A stretch of DNA of 64,000 nucleotides, taken from positions 90,701,012 to 90,765,011 of the forward strand of contig JARDVH010000163.1 of assembly GCA_030324005.1 (NCBI GenBank), read 5' to 3'. The notes below the pieces were generated by a model. That model was given only the letters and a program-made list of their open reading frames with translations. It did not search any database and had not been told where the DNA came from. The translations under genes and the position numbers were made by a program. The DNA comes from Negaprion brevirostris. Its lineage: Eukaryota. This document shows positions 63,067-64,000 of the stretch, in pieces (within the stretch, counting starts at the first letter, position 1; the number at the start of each line of letters is the position of its first letter).

Positions 63067-63519
63067 NNNNNNNNNNNNNNNNNNNNNNNNNNNNNNNNNN
63101 NNNNNNNNNNNNNNNNNNNNNNNNNNNNNNNNNNNNNNNNNNNNNNNNNNNNNNNNNNNNNNNNNNNNNNNNNNNNNNNNNNNNNNNNNNNNNNNNNNNN
63201 NNNNNNNNNNNNNNNNNNNNNNNNNNNNNNNNNNNNNNNNNNNNNNNNNNNNNNNNNNNNNNNNNNNNNNNNNNNNNNNNNNNNNNNNNNNNNNNNNNNN
63301 NNNNNNNNNNNNNNNNNNNNNNNNNNNNNNNNNNNNNNNNNNNNNNNNNNNNNNNNNNNNNNNNNNNNNNNNNNNNNNNNNNNNNNNNNNNNNNNNNNNN
63401 NNNNNNNNNNNNNNNNNNNNNNNNNNNNNNNNNNNNNNNNNNNNNNNNNNNNNNNNNNNNNNNNNNNNNNNNCATAGTGTTTTTCTGCACAAATGTTTTG
63501 ATGAGGTGCTTTTTGATGA

Positions 63520-63805
63520 GTGGCTCAGTGATGAGCACTGCTGCCTCACCTCACCGGGAACCTAGATTCGATTCCTGGCTCAGGTCACTGTCTGTGCAGA
63601 GTCTGCACATTCTCCCCATGTTTGTGTGGGTTTACTCCGGTTTCCTCCCATAGTCCGAAAGATGTGCTGGTTAGGTGCATAGTCCACGATAAATTCTCCC
63701 TCAATGTACCCAAGGTGCTGGAGCGTGGCAACAAGGGGATTTCACAATAATTTCATTGCAGTGTTAATGTAAGCCTACTTGTGACTCAAATAAAAATAAA
63801 ACTTT
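63520..63805 (+). mobile_element. HE1/V-type SINE, tail B
   Basis: Head and V-domain; tail ggggatttcacaataatttcattgcagtgttaatgtaagcctacttgtgac. Confidence 0.87.
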
Positions 63806-64000
63806 TAAAAACTATGACATGGTCACAGTTCAGTTAAAGCATAGCAGGATTATGTACAATCACTTGTATATGTAAGGCACTCAGTGTAGAGGCTGAGAGG
63901 AAAGCAATAATGATACATTGGTGAAGAAATGTTTTATGGTACTTTATAAGTGGCAGAGAACGAGGGTTTAAATTAGAGGAAAAAGGGGTAGAACAAAGAA

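Noticed and set aside
47487-63805. Inverted SINEs flanking the exon as drivers of a circular RNA
   Set aside because: The partners are distant and diverged, closer competing pairs exist, and a single 96-nt exon is a poor circularisation substrate.
1-64000. CRISPR arrays, operons, retron or defence-type systems, rRNA
   Set aside because: No regularly spaced repeats, no gene-dense intact ORFs and no rRNA motifs; all RT fragments are decayed eukaryotic LINEs.

Overview
This is repeat-rich vertebrate genomic DNA with many N gaps, most likely from a shark (inferred from HE1/V-type SINEs, CR1/HER1-type LINEs and Deu-domain SINEs). The only host coding sequence I can support is one 96-nt exon at 56307-56402 (+), encoding the start of Ig domain 2 of a contactin of the CNTN3/4/5/6 group. 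The rest therefore appears to be intron of that gene. The introns hold decayed CR1, L2, Zenon-like, Rex1/Babar, Tx1 and Penelope retroelements, about 12 HE1-type SINEs with two different 3' tails, three PIF/Harbinger transposase relics, several MITEs and a probable solo LTR. I find no intact novel protein system, CRISPR array or prokaryotic operon. The most noteworthy items are a convergent two-gene Harbinger deletion derivative, a tail-swapped SINE lineage, decayed hammerhead ribozyme cores and ancient SINEs or unique blocks that may be enhancers. Repeat family names come from recalled consensus sequences and need a Dfam/Repbase check. Most boundaries are approximate (tens of bp).
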